A stretch of 64,000 nt of DNA from Camelus dromedarius (lineage: Eukaryota), in the NCBI RefSeq assembly GCF_036321535.1, contig NC_087437.1, positions 16,184,001 through 16,248,000 of the forward strand, read 5' to 3'. The translations under genes were made by a program, and so were the position numbers. A model generated the notes under the pieces. That model had not been told where the DNA came from. It did no database searches and saw nothing but the letters and a program-made list of their open reading frames with translations. Shown here one piece after another: positions 13,110 to 24,500 of this stretch (position 1 is the stretch's first letter; each line of letters begins with the position of its first letter).

Positions 13110-13520
13110 TGAATAACATTGTTATAAGGGTAACTTTTAAAACACTATTGAGACACACAAAGGAAGTTTTTAATCATGGAAAGGCTATTGTATTACAGGA
13201 TAGAAAAATCAATATTATAAATTGTTCACTTTGTCTTAATTTAATATCTATATTTAATTTTGATCCCTATAAAGTGATAGATTATTTTTTGAAGTAGAAT
13301 AAGTTGAATCATATATCTATATGAAAAAATAACCATGTGAGAATCCCTAAGAAAATTCTGAAAAATAAAAATGAGGAAAAATCAGTCTTAGAAATGTTAA
13401 AATATTTTCTAAATGTAGAATAATTAAACAGTGTGCTGTTGACACATCTGGAAAATCTATGAATGGAACAGAAAATGGAATAGAGAAATAGACACAATAT
13501 TTTAACAAAATTTTTATATA
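13110..13520 (+). mobile_element. Ancient L1M ORF2 fragment
   Basis: acactattgagacacacaaaggaag...aaaatcaatattataaa...aatggaacagaaaatggaatagagaaatagacac, sense L1 ORF2-like. Confidence 0.7.
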
Positions 13521-13521
13521 T

Positions 13522-14102
13522 GAGGATTCTGGATCAAGATGGCAGAGCAGGAAGAACCTGGACTCACCTTCTTCCATGGACAAATCAAAGCTACAGGTAC
13601 CTATAGAACAGTTATCTGAGAATGACCTGAAGACAAACAGAACAGATTTTCTCAAACTAAAGATACAAAGAAAAGGCCACTCAGATGGATAGAAGGGGCA
13701 GAGATGCGGTATAGTCAGAACTCTGACTCCTGGTGTGGGGACCCGCAGGCAGGAGGATTGTAACAACTGCAGGGCTTCCCCCAGAGACCCAGGGGTCCGT
13801 GCCACACATGAGGGTCTCCAACCTGGGGAACCACACCAGGAAGATGAGTCTTCATTGCACCTGACTTTGAAAAGCCAGTGGGGCTTCTATCTGGGAGAAC
13901 CAGAGGGCTGTGGGAAAACCAAGACTCCAATCTTGAAAGATTCACATACAAACTCACTCTCCGAGTCCTAGTACAAAGGCAGAGGCTTAAAAAGCACCTG
14001 GGTCATATGAGAAGGAGATTTATTGATTAATTTTAGGACATGTGCTGGAGGGGCAGGGGTCTGGTGGAAATTTCACCAGAGACAGAAGCCCTGGCAGGCA
14101 CC
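13522..14102 (+). mobile_element. L1 5' UTR fragment without ORF1/ORF2
   Basis: Starts caagatggcagagcaggaaga (YY1-site L1 start) and is homologous to 30189-30624. Confidence 0.75.
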
Positions 14103-15054
14103 CTTTTTTTTCCTTTCCTTTTCTTTTCTTTTTTTTATTTTACTTTTTCTTCAGTGAAGCTATTGTGTATGATACTGTGTTGTGTGCTGGTTTGACATGA
14201 TTTCAAATCCACTTGTTTATGACAAAGACCCCAAAAAAGTTGTTTTTAGAAGTCAAAGGGTTTTTTCAAGAAGTAAAGTTGTTTTGATATAAAAATGAAG
14301 TAAGTTATGTCAAGACGTCATCCCGTCATCTATTGTTGCTGATAAGCACTTAGTAGCTCCGCTGCTGAGGGCCCTGCTGGGACTTATCAATAAAAACAGA
14401 CGAAGAAGCAACTATGGAGAAGGAACATTTAGATGGTAAATGCTGAGTTTGTGAGGAATAGCCAAGAGTTTTGGTCTTTCCGGGAAATTACCCTTTGCTG
14501 ATCTGCCCTTTGAAGATCTTGAGATGCTTGCTCCTGCTCCTGCCGTGGTCAAGTGACTCTTCGGTGGGCAGTGGTGTTAATATCAGTCCCAGCAGGAGAG
14601 GGGGCACTGGCTCCTGCCCTCATCAAGGTGACTCCTTTACTGGAGGTGGTGACAAAACTTGCCAACACCGCCTGCGAAGCTCAGCCAGTCAACCAACACC
14701 ATCCTTCCCTAGCAATGTGCTCTAGCGACAAAGGACTTTATTTTTGTGCTGGTACCAGGACTTCAGCAAAGCCTTCTCGCTAGAGCAATGAAAACTCTAG
14801 AAAAGGTAAACCTCCCCTGAATTTGGACTTTATTCTTTCATTTCCCCTTGCTTGGGACAACAGTGTAATTAAGCTAGACTTTGTTTGGAGTATGTTATTT
14901 ACTGGCTTATTAAGAGACATTCTTCTGTGTGCTATTGGCTTATGAAATTATTATAATTCTCACAGTGAGCCTGTGTTAAATAGAATATTGGCAAAGACAA
15001 TCTCAGTCTCTGAGCATAATTTGCCTCCTGCCCCCCAAACAAACCAAAACACAT

Positions 15055-17070
15055 GTAATGGCAGCTGTAGGACACTATACATTTGCCAAGACCCATAGAA
15101 CTTTACAGCGTGAAGAGTAAACCTTAACATATGCAAATTTTTAAAAAATCATTTAGGAGATTAAGGGAGCCCTAGAATGGAGAGTAGAGTAGAACAAAAT
15201 AAACTGATTGTATGATGGATGCATGGAACAACCTCACTGAAGAGACTGCAGGGAAGTGTGCTCATCTAGGCAACTTTGGAAATGAGCAGAATCTATAAGA
15301 CTAAAAGCAATGGGACCTGTACTCCAACACTGGGCTGTAGTTGATAAAGTTGTTTCGCATGGGGTACAGGTTAACAATTCTGGAAACACTAGACTGGAAC
15401 TGAACAATTAAGTAAGTGGATGATGGATGGTGGGTGGGAGCCAGGGTTCTCACTGTCAGAGTAAAATTTTATGGATAAGCAAAGGAGGAAGCTAGAAAGA
15501 TCCATGTGGTGGTGCTGGATTATAGCTGAAGACATCAATATCAACTCACGTTTAGCTTCATATAGATTCAGGTGGTTATATATGGAAACATTTACATCCA
15601 TGTGTTTACACATGGGTTCATATACACATATATATTCCTCGCTCTGTCAGCTAACAGGGTCCAGAAGCAATGACTTTCCAGTGCAAATGAGCACACCTGG
15701 AACCTATACCTTGGTTTGTACTATTCTCTAGTGAAAGGAATGGGACTCCTTAGAGAAAAGGCTGATTCTAGGACTGGGATGGGAAATACACCAGATGAGC
15801 CTTGCGCATCTTGCAATAAGGAACGGCTTTAAAAACACACATGCACAATGATGAAGGTATGCGAAAGAGACACAGGAACCAGCTAAAGAACAATGGCCAA
15901 GCAAAGCAGTTTGAGCAACAAAATAAATAAAGTAGTAGTATTAGGTTATAAACCAAAGTATAAAATAGATATTCATGAGACCACACTGACGTCAATAAAA
16001 CATTAAGATATCACTCACATGTGGAATCTAAAAAAAAAAAAAAGAAAGTAAGGGAAAAGAGAACCCTAATGAACTCATCTACAAAACAGTAACAGACTCA
16101 CAGACATAGTAAACAGTCTTATGGTTACCAGGGGAAAGCGGGTGGGAAGGGATAAATTTGGGACTTTGAGATTTGCAAATGTTAACCACTATATATAAAA
16201 ATAGATTAAAAAAAGTTTCTTCTGTATAGCACAGGGAACTATATTCAATATCTTATAATAACTTTAATGAAAATGAATATATGTATATATATGCACATGA
16301 CTGGGACATTATGCTATACACCAGAAATTGACACATTGTAACTGACAGTACTCCACTAAAAAAAGAAACAAATATGTACATACCTACATAAATTATAAAC
16401 AGTGGGTGGACAAATCTGCCATGCAGCATTCTCAATAATTCATGAAGATACTCTGTTTTAAGAAAGTGAAGCCTAAGTGCCCACTCTCTAGCTGTGAGCT
16501 GCATGTAGCAGCTTCCTTCTAAAGAGTCAGGTATAGAAAAGGGGAAAAGAAAGTAACTTTATAGTGGAGAAACAAGACTGCCTCAGCCAGGTAGTCAAGG
16601 TTAACCTCAACAGTGGTAAGTCATGTCTATAGTATGTTCATTTTACATGATACGATGAGAATAGTACTTTACCCTTCTGGTCTTCCTCCCAATATAATCA
16701 TGAGAAAAACATCAGACAAAAGCTAACTGAAGGACATTATGCAAAATACCCAGTAATCCTCAGAATTGTCAAGGTCAGCGGAAACAAGGAAAGTCTGAGA
16801 AACTAAGAGGGGCTAAGGAGACGTGATGACTAAATGTAATGTGATAGGATCCTGGAACAGGAAAAGGACATTGAGTAAAATCAAGGAAATCTGAATAATA
16901 AGGTACGGACTTTGGTTAATAATAATGTGTTAATATTGATTTATTAATTGCTACAATTGAACCATACTAATCCAAGATGTAGGTAATAGGAAAAGCTAGA
17001 ATGGGGTGTATGGAAACTCTGTACCACCTTCACAATTAAAAAAAATTCTGAAATTATTCTGAATTTGAAA
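15055..17070 (+). mobile_element. L1MC3-like 3' UTR, interrupted by a young L1
   Basis: atacatttgccaagacccatagaactt...aacaacctcactgaa...gttgataaagttgtttc...gggagccagggttctcactg...gatcctggaacaggaaaaggacatt...tatggaaactctgtacc. Confidence 0.8.
16005..16370 (+). mobile_element. Young (camelid-type) L1 3' end
   Basis: gatatcactcacatgtggaatctaaaaa...aatgaactcatctacaaaacag...gggaactatattcaatatc...caccagaaattgacacattgtaactgac plus an A tail. Confidence 0.92.
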
Positions 17071-17079
17071 AGTTGGCTG

Positions 17080-18090
17080 GAAATTTAGGATGGAAAAAAC
17101 TCCATAAATTGTAGCTAAATAAATGCTGTTAACTCACATGATAGCAAAATACTAATTTCTTTAACACATAAAGAATTCCTACAAAACTTTAAAAATGTCA
17201 GTAACAACACATGTGGTCCAGATTTGACTAAATAGCAGAAATTCAACTATAAAGAATTATGAATGTGCAATAATTTGATTGTTATCACTTATAATAGGAA
17301 AAATGCAAATTAAACTGTATTAAGATATTATTTTTCACTGAGGAGGTGGGACAAGCCTGATAGCATACTTCGTTGGGGCAAAAGGGTAGGACACAGAACT
17401 CCCTTCCCTCTTTGTGAGATTGTAGATCTCAGTGGATGGTGATTTGGCAATACATATCAAAATGAGCAGTGCGTACACACTTCAACTTAGCACTTTTTGT
17501 TTGTTTAGTGTACTGTTTAGGTGCCAATCCTTTTTTTTTTTTTTTTTTTTACTGAAATATAACTGACATAACATTGTATTAGTTTCAGGTGTGCAATGCA
17601 ATGATTCCATATTAGCATATACTGTGAAATGATCAGCACATTAAATCCAGTTAACATCCATCACCACACAGAGTTACAACATTTCTTTTCCTGTGATGAG
17701 AGCTTGCAAGATCCACTCCCCTAGCTACTTCCAAATACGCAACACAGTATTATTAACTGTAGTCTCCATGCTGTCTGTGCTACATGCCAGCACTGTTTAC
17801 AACTAGGAATTTATTCCACCAAAATAAAAATCTGCATGCACAAAGATATTCACACAAGGAGAACAACTGCAAAATTGTTCGTGTGCTATCAATTCTTTAT
17901 TTTAAAACCAGATCTCCCTCATTAGGACACCTGTTAAAGAGTCACACATGTGTAAAATATAAAATGAGATACACTGTAGCTATTAAAAAGAACTGACATA
18001 ACCCTATGGGTGATGACATACAACAATTGCCAAAATGAACTGTCAGGTAAAAAAGAGCAAAGTTCAAAATATTGTGTGTCTAATAATAAT
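17080..18090 (+). mobile_element. L1ME-type ORF2 end and 3' UTR relic (interrupted)
   Basis: aaaatgcaaattaaactgtattaagatatta, gatttggcaatacatatcaaaat, ctaggaatttattcc, tgtagctattaaaaagaa. Confidence 0.6.
17531..17790 (-). mobile_element. L1MA9-like 3' end
   Basis: poly-T then actgaaatataactgacataacattgtattagtttcaggtgtgcaa...ttaacatccatcaccacacagagttac...tattaactgtagtctccatgctgt. Confidence 0.85.
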
Positions 18091-18149
18091 TCTTATTAGT
18101 ATACATAACAAAAATTTAAGAGAAAGTGTATCGCTAGAAGAAGAGTTGG

Positions 18150-19775
18150 GTAATTTGAAAAGTACAAGCAAAAACAAAAATCTTCCTAGTAATCAAATAT
18201 GATTGCAAAAAATAAAAAATTAAATAGCATTCTGAATAATAAGTGCACAGCTGAAGACATACTTGCCCCTCTGGCGAATAAGGTTATGTTAATGTCTCAT
18301 AACATAAAATAAAGTGAAAAATATAATTGAAAGTTCAGGCACTGTAAGACAGATGTAGCCGTTCTACCATTCGTACTGAAGAGGTTTAAAAGAGAAAACT
18401 GGGGGAAAATGATAATAGCAAATTATTAAGGAAGTATTAGAAGAAAGTGTCCTAGAGGCTAAAGAAGAGATTCTTCCAGGCAAAAGACGTGACCAAATCC
18501 CAATAGGGATTAATGCAAAAAAGCTCACACGGAGAGAAATCTTAGTGATGTCTCTGAACTCCCAATAGAAGGAGAAAATCTTAAAACTTCCTAGAGAGAA
18601 ACAAAGAGATGACTTCAAAAGAAGAAGATTTAAACTGGTCCAGACTTCTCATGTGCAACAATGGGTTCTAGAAAGCAAAGGAGGAATGCCTTGAAAATTC
18701 TGAAGGGAATCATGTGAATCCAGAATCCCTGTCAGCCTAAATGATTGGTCACGTGTGAGAGTGAAGTAAAGGCATGTCAGGTATTCCAAAATTCATAAAG
18801 TTTAAATTCCATTCACACATATTTTCTGAAACAAAAATGCTCAAGAATTTATTTCAGATACCCCCTAAAAAGAAAGAAAAGATGAAAACACGGACTCCCA
18901 AAATCAGGTAGCTGCTGTATAGCCATCCTAGAATGTAACCAGTCACTTAAAAACAGGAGCATGGAGGACCTCCACGAAAAATGTCTGAAATAAAAAAAGG
19001 GGATTTCTTTCAATCAACACAATGGCTAAGGCACTTAAAATTCTTCATATGTGAAAAGAATTTCAGTATGATATCTAAGAAAAAATGAAAGGCTACCCAA
19101 GAAAAACAGTTCTGTCTTAAAGCAGATTAGAAATGAGGTGCGGGGATGAGCTGAAAGGAAAGATAAGGCATTTGTCATCTGCAGTCTGGCCAATCTTCCT
19201 TAATATTGAAGGAAAATATACATTTTTGAGGGGAAAAAAAATCACAGTATTGGGATCTGCATTAAATGATTCTTAACACATTCATAATATTTTAAGTGAT
19301 ATTTATTTTTGGAATTAACTTATGGATAAGTGCTAAGAAGATGAAATTATGTTTACAGGATAAAATAAATATTACAAACTTCGATCGTGTAAAAGGTCCA
19401 GGGGAGAAATGAGTGTTAAATTCTTTCCCGTCCGTTGTGGGGAGGAAGTAGATAATGTCTAAAGTTGAGAATGAAAAAACATAGAGGTTTGATTATATTA
19501 TGAACAAAGGAACCAATTTTAGAACCTAGAATGAATACTGTCTAAAGTTTGAAGAATTACAAGAGGATAAGCAGGTTATTTAGTGACACAGTGGTAAGTA
19601 ATCATCAAACATGCTAAAGACAGGAGATCTTATGAGTGGCTGACCCAGGGGAGAGGGACTTGTGTATTTTGGGTGAAGGAGGACCACTAGGGTTATCACT
19701 TTCCATAGCGGACTCTGCTGTACAATTTGAAATTGTTTAACAATGTGCATGTTTGACTCCATAATAAAAAAAAGT
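18150..19775 (+). mobile_element. HAL1 / old L1 ORF1-like element
   Basis: ORF1-like ggagaaaatcttaaaacttcctagagagaaa...cagacttctcatgtgcaacaatgggttctagaaagcaaaggaggaatgccttgaaaattctgaaggga, with no ORF2 downstream. Confidence 0.65.
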
Positions 19776-19924
19776 GAAATAGATTTTCAACCAATGATCA
19801 GGGAACAATTAGAAAGTAAACCTGCGATCAATTAGAGCCCTCATAGATTGTTTTAAAAATCCCTTTCATGTGGTCTTATGAAAACTGCAGTGGAAAAACA
19901 GTATTCTGGGTGTGCTGAAAACTC

Positions 19925-20035
19925 GCTTTGTCCAGGTCATTCCTCTCTGGGATCTCAGGTTCCCCACCAACCAAATGGAGGCTTTGGCATAACAATGTCT
20001 AGGTTCTTTTCAGCTCTAACTTTCTAACATTCTAA
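19925..20035 (+). mobile_element. MIR SINE fragment
   Basis: caggtcattcctctctgggatctcaggttccccaccaaccaaatggagg...ttctttcagctctaactttcta. Confidence 0.55.
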
Positions 20036-20626
20036 TTTGAACTTCATTTATTTCACATTTGATAAGCTCACTGGCTTGATGGATTAAGGACACCCCACAG
20101 ACATGTGTTTTTGAACTAGCAGGCATCTGTATCTGGTTGGTCTTTCAAGATTAGCCATGAGGTAGATGGAGCACTGGCTGGGAGGCAGGCCAGCTCCTGG
20201 TTGAACAGCGGCTTCTGATCGGTAGGGTCATGCGCTCATGGCAACGTGGAAGGCAGGCAGGGCATCTAGCCCTGTTTTAATTGACAGGGTTATCAATGTA
20301 TCCACATGGGACCTGCAGGGAGAGGTACTTAGGATTCATTTTGTAGAAAGACTGTCACCAAAATCACAAAGAAGGAGTTTGCAGCAGTAGATGCTAGACT
20401 CCAGTATTGAGTTCCTGAGTGGAAGGAAGGGGAGAGGGGGTGAGGGCAGCTTTGGCATCCTCTATACGGAAAGGACTGATTCTGAAGGAAGAGGAGAGGA
20501 GCGAGAACGTCTCACCGGCTCACTCATCCTCAAGGTCAGGTGGACCCAGAGCTGGACACAGTGGGCAGTGGGTAGTAGGGCTGTGTTGTACTCCCAGAGG
20601 CACTGAGAGAAAGAGAGAGACTTGAC

Positions 20627-21440
20627 TGTGGTATGATATTGTGATTTATAATAAGAAATATGTATTTGGTCTTCATTCCCATTCCTGGCACAGAGCTCCT
20701 AAACTCTTGGAATTTCCTGTGATGAGAGCAATAAATGTGTCTTTTGCTATGTTAATGAGGTGACTTTTGGAAAACACCTAAAGATGGGGGCTGGTTGCCA
20801 GGAGACCCAACCATGGGCTTAGAGAGTTAAAACTTTCAATCTTATCTTCCTGGCCTCTGGGGAAGAGAAAGAGACTGGAGGTTGAATCAATCACCAATGG
20901 TCAATAAGTTAAACAATCATGCCTCTGTAATGACACCTCCATAAAAACCCAGAAAGGTGAGGTTTGGAGAGCTTCCAAGTTGATGAACTCGTGGAGGTGC
21001 TGGGAGAGTGGCTAGCTAGGAATTAGCATGGAAGCCCCATGCCCTTCCCCCAGACCCTGTTCCATGCCTCTCTTTCATCCAGCTGTTCCTAAGATATGCC
21101 CTTTTATAATAAACTGGTAATCTAGTAAGTAAAATGTTTCTCTGAGCTCTGTGAGCTGCTCTAGAAAATTAAGGGAACCCAAGGAGAGGGCTGTTGAAAC
21201 CTCCCATCTATAGCCTGTCCTTCAGAACAACAGGTGACAACTTGGACTTGCTATTGGCATCTGAAGGTGGAAGAGGCAGTCTTGTAAGTCTTGCAAGCCC
21301 TTAACTTGTAGAACCTGACACTCTCTTCAGACAGGTAGTGACAGAGTTGAGTTGAGTTGTAGGACACTCAGCTGGTGTCAGAGAATTACTTGGTGTGGGG
21401 AAACCCCACACATGGTAATCAGGTGCAGAATCTGAGATGA
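20627..21440 (+). mobile_element. MER21-family solo LTR
   Basis: Begins TG: tgtggtatgatattgtgatttataataagaaatatgtatttggtc...cctggcacagagctcctaaa...caatcatgcctctgtaatga...ttttataataaactggtaa...ctgagctctgtgagctgctctag. Confidence 0.85.
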
Positions 21441-21446
21441 TCTCAC

Positions 21447-21760
21447 ATATTAGTTTCCTGATGCTGCCTTAAGAAAGTACATCAAACTGGGTGGCTTAAA
21501 GAATAGGAACATATTGGCTCCCACTTCCAGAAGTGAGAGTCTGAGATCAAGGTGTCAGCGGGGTGCTTCCTTCTGAGGCTGTGAAGAAAAGTCTGTTTCA
21601 TGCTTCTCTGCCAGCTTCTGGTGGCTTGCTGGCTATGTTTGGCATCCCTTAGCTTTTAGAAGCATCCCCCCGATCTCTACCTTCAGGGTCATGTGGTGCT
21701 CTCCGTGTGTGTGTGTCTGTGTGTGTGTCTGTGTGTGTGTGTCTGTGTGTCTGTGTGTGT

Positions 21761-21802
<42 letters not shown>

Positions 21803-22002
21803 ATGCCTAAATTCTCCTTTTTCAAGGACACTAGTCATGTCGGATCAGGGGCCCACCCTACTCCACTGTGACCTCATCTTAACCACTCACATCTGCAATG
21901 ACTCTATTTTCAAACATGGTGACATTCTGAGATGCTGGGTCATGACAGGTGGGTTAGGACTTCAACAAGTGAATTTTGAAGGGATACAATTCAACTCACA
22001 AC
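21447..22002 (-). mobile_element. MLT1B/C-type MaLR LTR
   Basis: tattagtttcctgatgctgcc...aaactgggtggcttaaa...gatcaaggtgtcagc...gacctcatcttaac...ttaggacttcaaca...caattcaactcacaaca. Confidence 0.9.
21705..21800. repeat. Compound (GT)n/(GTCT) microsatellite inside the MLT1 LTR
   Basis: Directly visible GT run with periodic CT interruptions. Confidence 0.97.
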
Positions 22003-22469
22003 AACTCATAATAAAGATGTAGATCAGAGCACTTTCTGCTCCACAGTATGGGAACTTTTGGAGAAAAGAAAGTTAAGTCTAGCCAAGAAGTGTGGTTTCC
22101 ACCTCCTTACCTGCCATGTAGGTGATGGTGGGAGGCAAGTGACTTAAAGGCAGGAATGTGTGAGCACAGCTTAAGCGGATGGTGGGGAGACACAGAGAAA
22201 GGAGAGGGTGGCCACAGCAGCTAGAGGAGGGTGGGTAACTATTGTCAGGACACACAAGCCAGCATGGAAGAGGCTGATCTCCTATCTGGTCAGTTATTAC
22301 TATAATTACGCTATATGTTTTAAATACTCCCCCAGTTACATTTCTTTTTCTCTATCATGATTCCATGGGTTGATGAAAGAATGGGGATTTCTGCCTTGGG
22401 CTATGGACCAGGTTGACATCTGCTCCAAGGGCTCTCAAATCTGGGACCAACAGCTACTGAGGGCAGGTA

Positions 22470-22715
22470 GATGGTGGGCCACAGGAGCACAAGTGGCCAA
22501 CCAAACCACACAGACAATGCCTCTGCTCATACCACACCAGGTAATATCATATTGGCATAGCAAGTCACAAGGTCAAATCCAATGTCAGTAGATCAGGCAC
22601 ACATACAGTGTTTACTCTACTGGGGCTACTAGCAAATGTCCCAGCAAAAGGAACGAATGTATTGTCTCTTTCAGGAAGACAGTGAGAAGGTGGAAACAAT
22701 ATCCAATCTATAAAA
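22470..22715 (-). mobile_element. Old MaLR (MLT1-type) LTR fragment
   Basis: catattggcatagcaagtcacaaggtcaaatccaatgtcagt...ggaaacaatatccaatcta. Confidence 0.55.
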
Positions 22716-23239
22716 CTCCAACTTTCATTTATTTTTTAATGATGAAATTAACCCATGCTCATTGTTAAACATTTGGAAAATATGAGGAAACCCCCCACCA
22801 TTTGGCAATATCCATTGCTAATATTTGGCGTGTATTTGGTATATTTCAGTCTTCGTGGTGGCCGCATAAACCATCCCCGCGCCTCCCTCACCCCAGCCCT
22901 GTAGCTGGTCCCTTAAGCCTGGAAAGTCAGGGGATACGCATTACACCTATGAAGGAGAAAGCGTCTACGCTTTAGATTCAGAAGTAAAAGAAGATTTAAT
23001 TCACCCAAATGCTAGAACACAACCAGATACATGAAGCTCAGTAAGAAGACATGAAATATCCTACATTTGGTTGAGAAAAAAAAAACCACACAAGATGGAG
23101 AGATGAAAACTTAATAACACTTCATGTGCAAAAGATACGGGGTGTTCCAATTCATCATAAATAAAACGGGAGCCAATCGCAAGGCTGTTTAACAGATGTA
23201 GCCAAGCTGAGTGGATCGTGTGCGTATTACATGTGTACC

Positions 23240-23242
<3 letters not shown>

Positions 23243-23288
<46 letters not shown>
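23243..23288. repeat. (GT)n microsatellite
   Basis: Uninterrupted GT run. Confidence 0.97.
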
Positions 23289-23289
<1 letters not shown>

Positions 23290-23689
23290 CTTTACTTTAA
23301 ATGAAGAACACATTTTTGGAAAGATATACAAGAAACTGCTAACAGTGATTATCTCAGAGTGGAGAAGGGTTATTGGGGAGGGAGCTCTTTACTGCTTATT
23401 TTATATTCTTTTGTGGGTATGAATTTATTTTTACCATGACTGTATATTATTTTTGTATTGTAAACATTGTTTAAACTGAAAGAAAATGTGAGAGAGGTGG
23501 TAGAAACCCTGTTGGGGCTGGATAAAGCGGTGTTCCTTTTGGGGCATGCTGCTTTTTATTGTCTTTATTACAATAACACCATATGACAGCATTGGAGCCT
23601 GCCCAGTACATATCCTCACAGCTGCTGTCGTAGCTTATACACGATTCTGTACCTTTGGCTTCATGCTCCAACTTTAGCAGTGGTCAGGC

Positions 23690-23900
23690 ACGGTTCCTTT
23701 GGAATTAAACTCCCTGGGCTCTAGCTGTGTGACTGTGGGCAAGTTACTCAACCTCTCTGGGTCTCTTTCCCCACTTTCAAAATGAGGATACCACTGGTAT
23801 CTTCTTTGTGGGGTTGTGGTGACGATTCAAGGAGGTGATCACTACTATGCTTTGAACAGAGTCTGGAGTGTGGTCAATACTCTGTTTAAATGTTATTATC
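23690..23900 (+). mobile_element. MIR SINE
   Basis: ctagctgtgtgactgtgggcaagttactcaacctctctgggtctctttccccactttcaaaatgaggata, the MIR core. Confidence 0.85.
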
Positions 23901-24064
23901 ACAAGCATTTCCTCAGGTTTCTATGTAGTTTCTATATAGTTCCTATACATAATATCTCATAGCCTAAATATGTCATCATTTAATTAATCTTTCTATTGTT
24001 TGGCATAGAGGTTACATACTAATATGTGTCTGTTTCTACAAAAAATGCTATAAGCTAGTGCTTC

Positions 24065-24224
24065 CAGTATTTCTCAAACTTTAATGTGTATATAAATCAC
24101 CTAGAGAACCTGTTAAAATTCATATTCTAATTCAGAAGATCTGGATGTGACCTGGGATTCTGTGTGTCTAGCTGGCTCCCAGGGGTTGCTGCCGGTCCAT
24201 GGACCGCACTTTGAGTAGCAACTG
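24065..24224. mobile_element. MER5B/MER5A DNA transposon
   Basis: cagtatttctcaaactttaatgtgtatataaatcacctagagaacctgttaaaa...ggtccatggaccgcactttgagtagcaactg. Confidence 0.85.
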
Positions 24225-24309
24225 GTAAACATTTCATGAAAACAGGAGGATTAATAGGGGTTTAGAGACAGTCCTTGGAGAAACCAGGAGTAACTTGCCT
24301 GGATCTTTT

Positions 24310-24500
24310 AGATGTTATGACTCTTGAATGCCTTCAAATACTTGGAAGACTGTCACACAAAGGAGAAGCCCGATTTTCTAGAACTTCAGAATTGAGACTA
24401 ACGGGTAGAAATCTTAGGGAGGAACATCTTGCGTCAACTTAAGGAAGAACTTTCTTATGGGTCCTGTTGATCTCCACAGCTCTAGGAGTTTGTGAATGAA
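24310..24500 (+). mobile_element. L3/CR1 LINE fragment
   Basis: gccttcaaatacttggaagactgtcac...tcaacttaaggaagaactttctta is typical of the L3 3' region. Confidence 0.65.

Noticed and set aside
21649..22022. His/Thr- or Val/Cys-rich ORFs (also 23231-23422 and 27116-27595)
   Set aside because: These are translations of (GT)n microsatellites.
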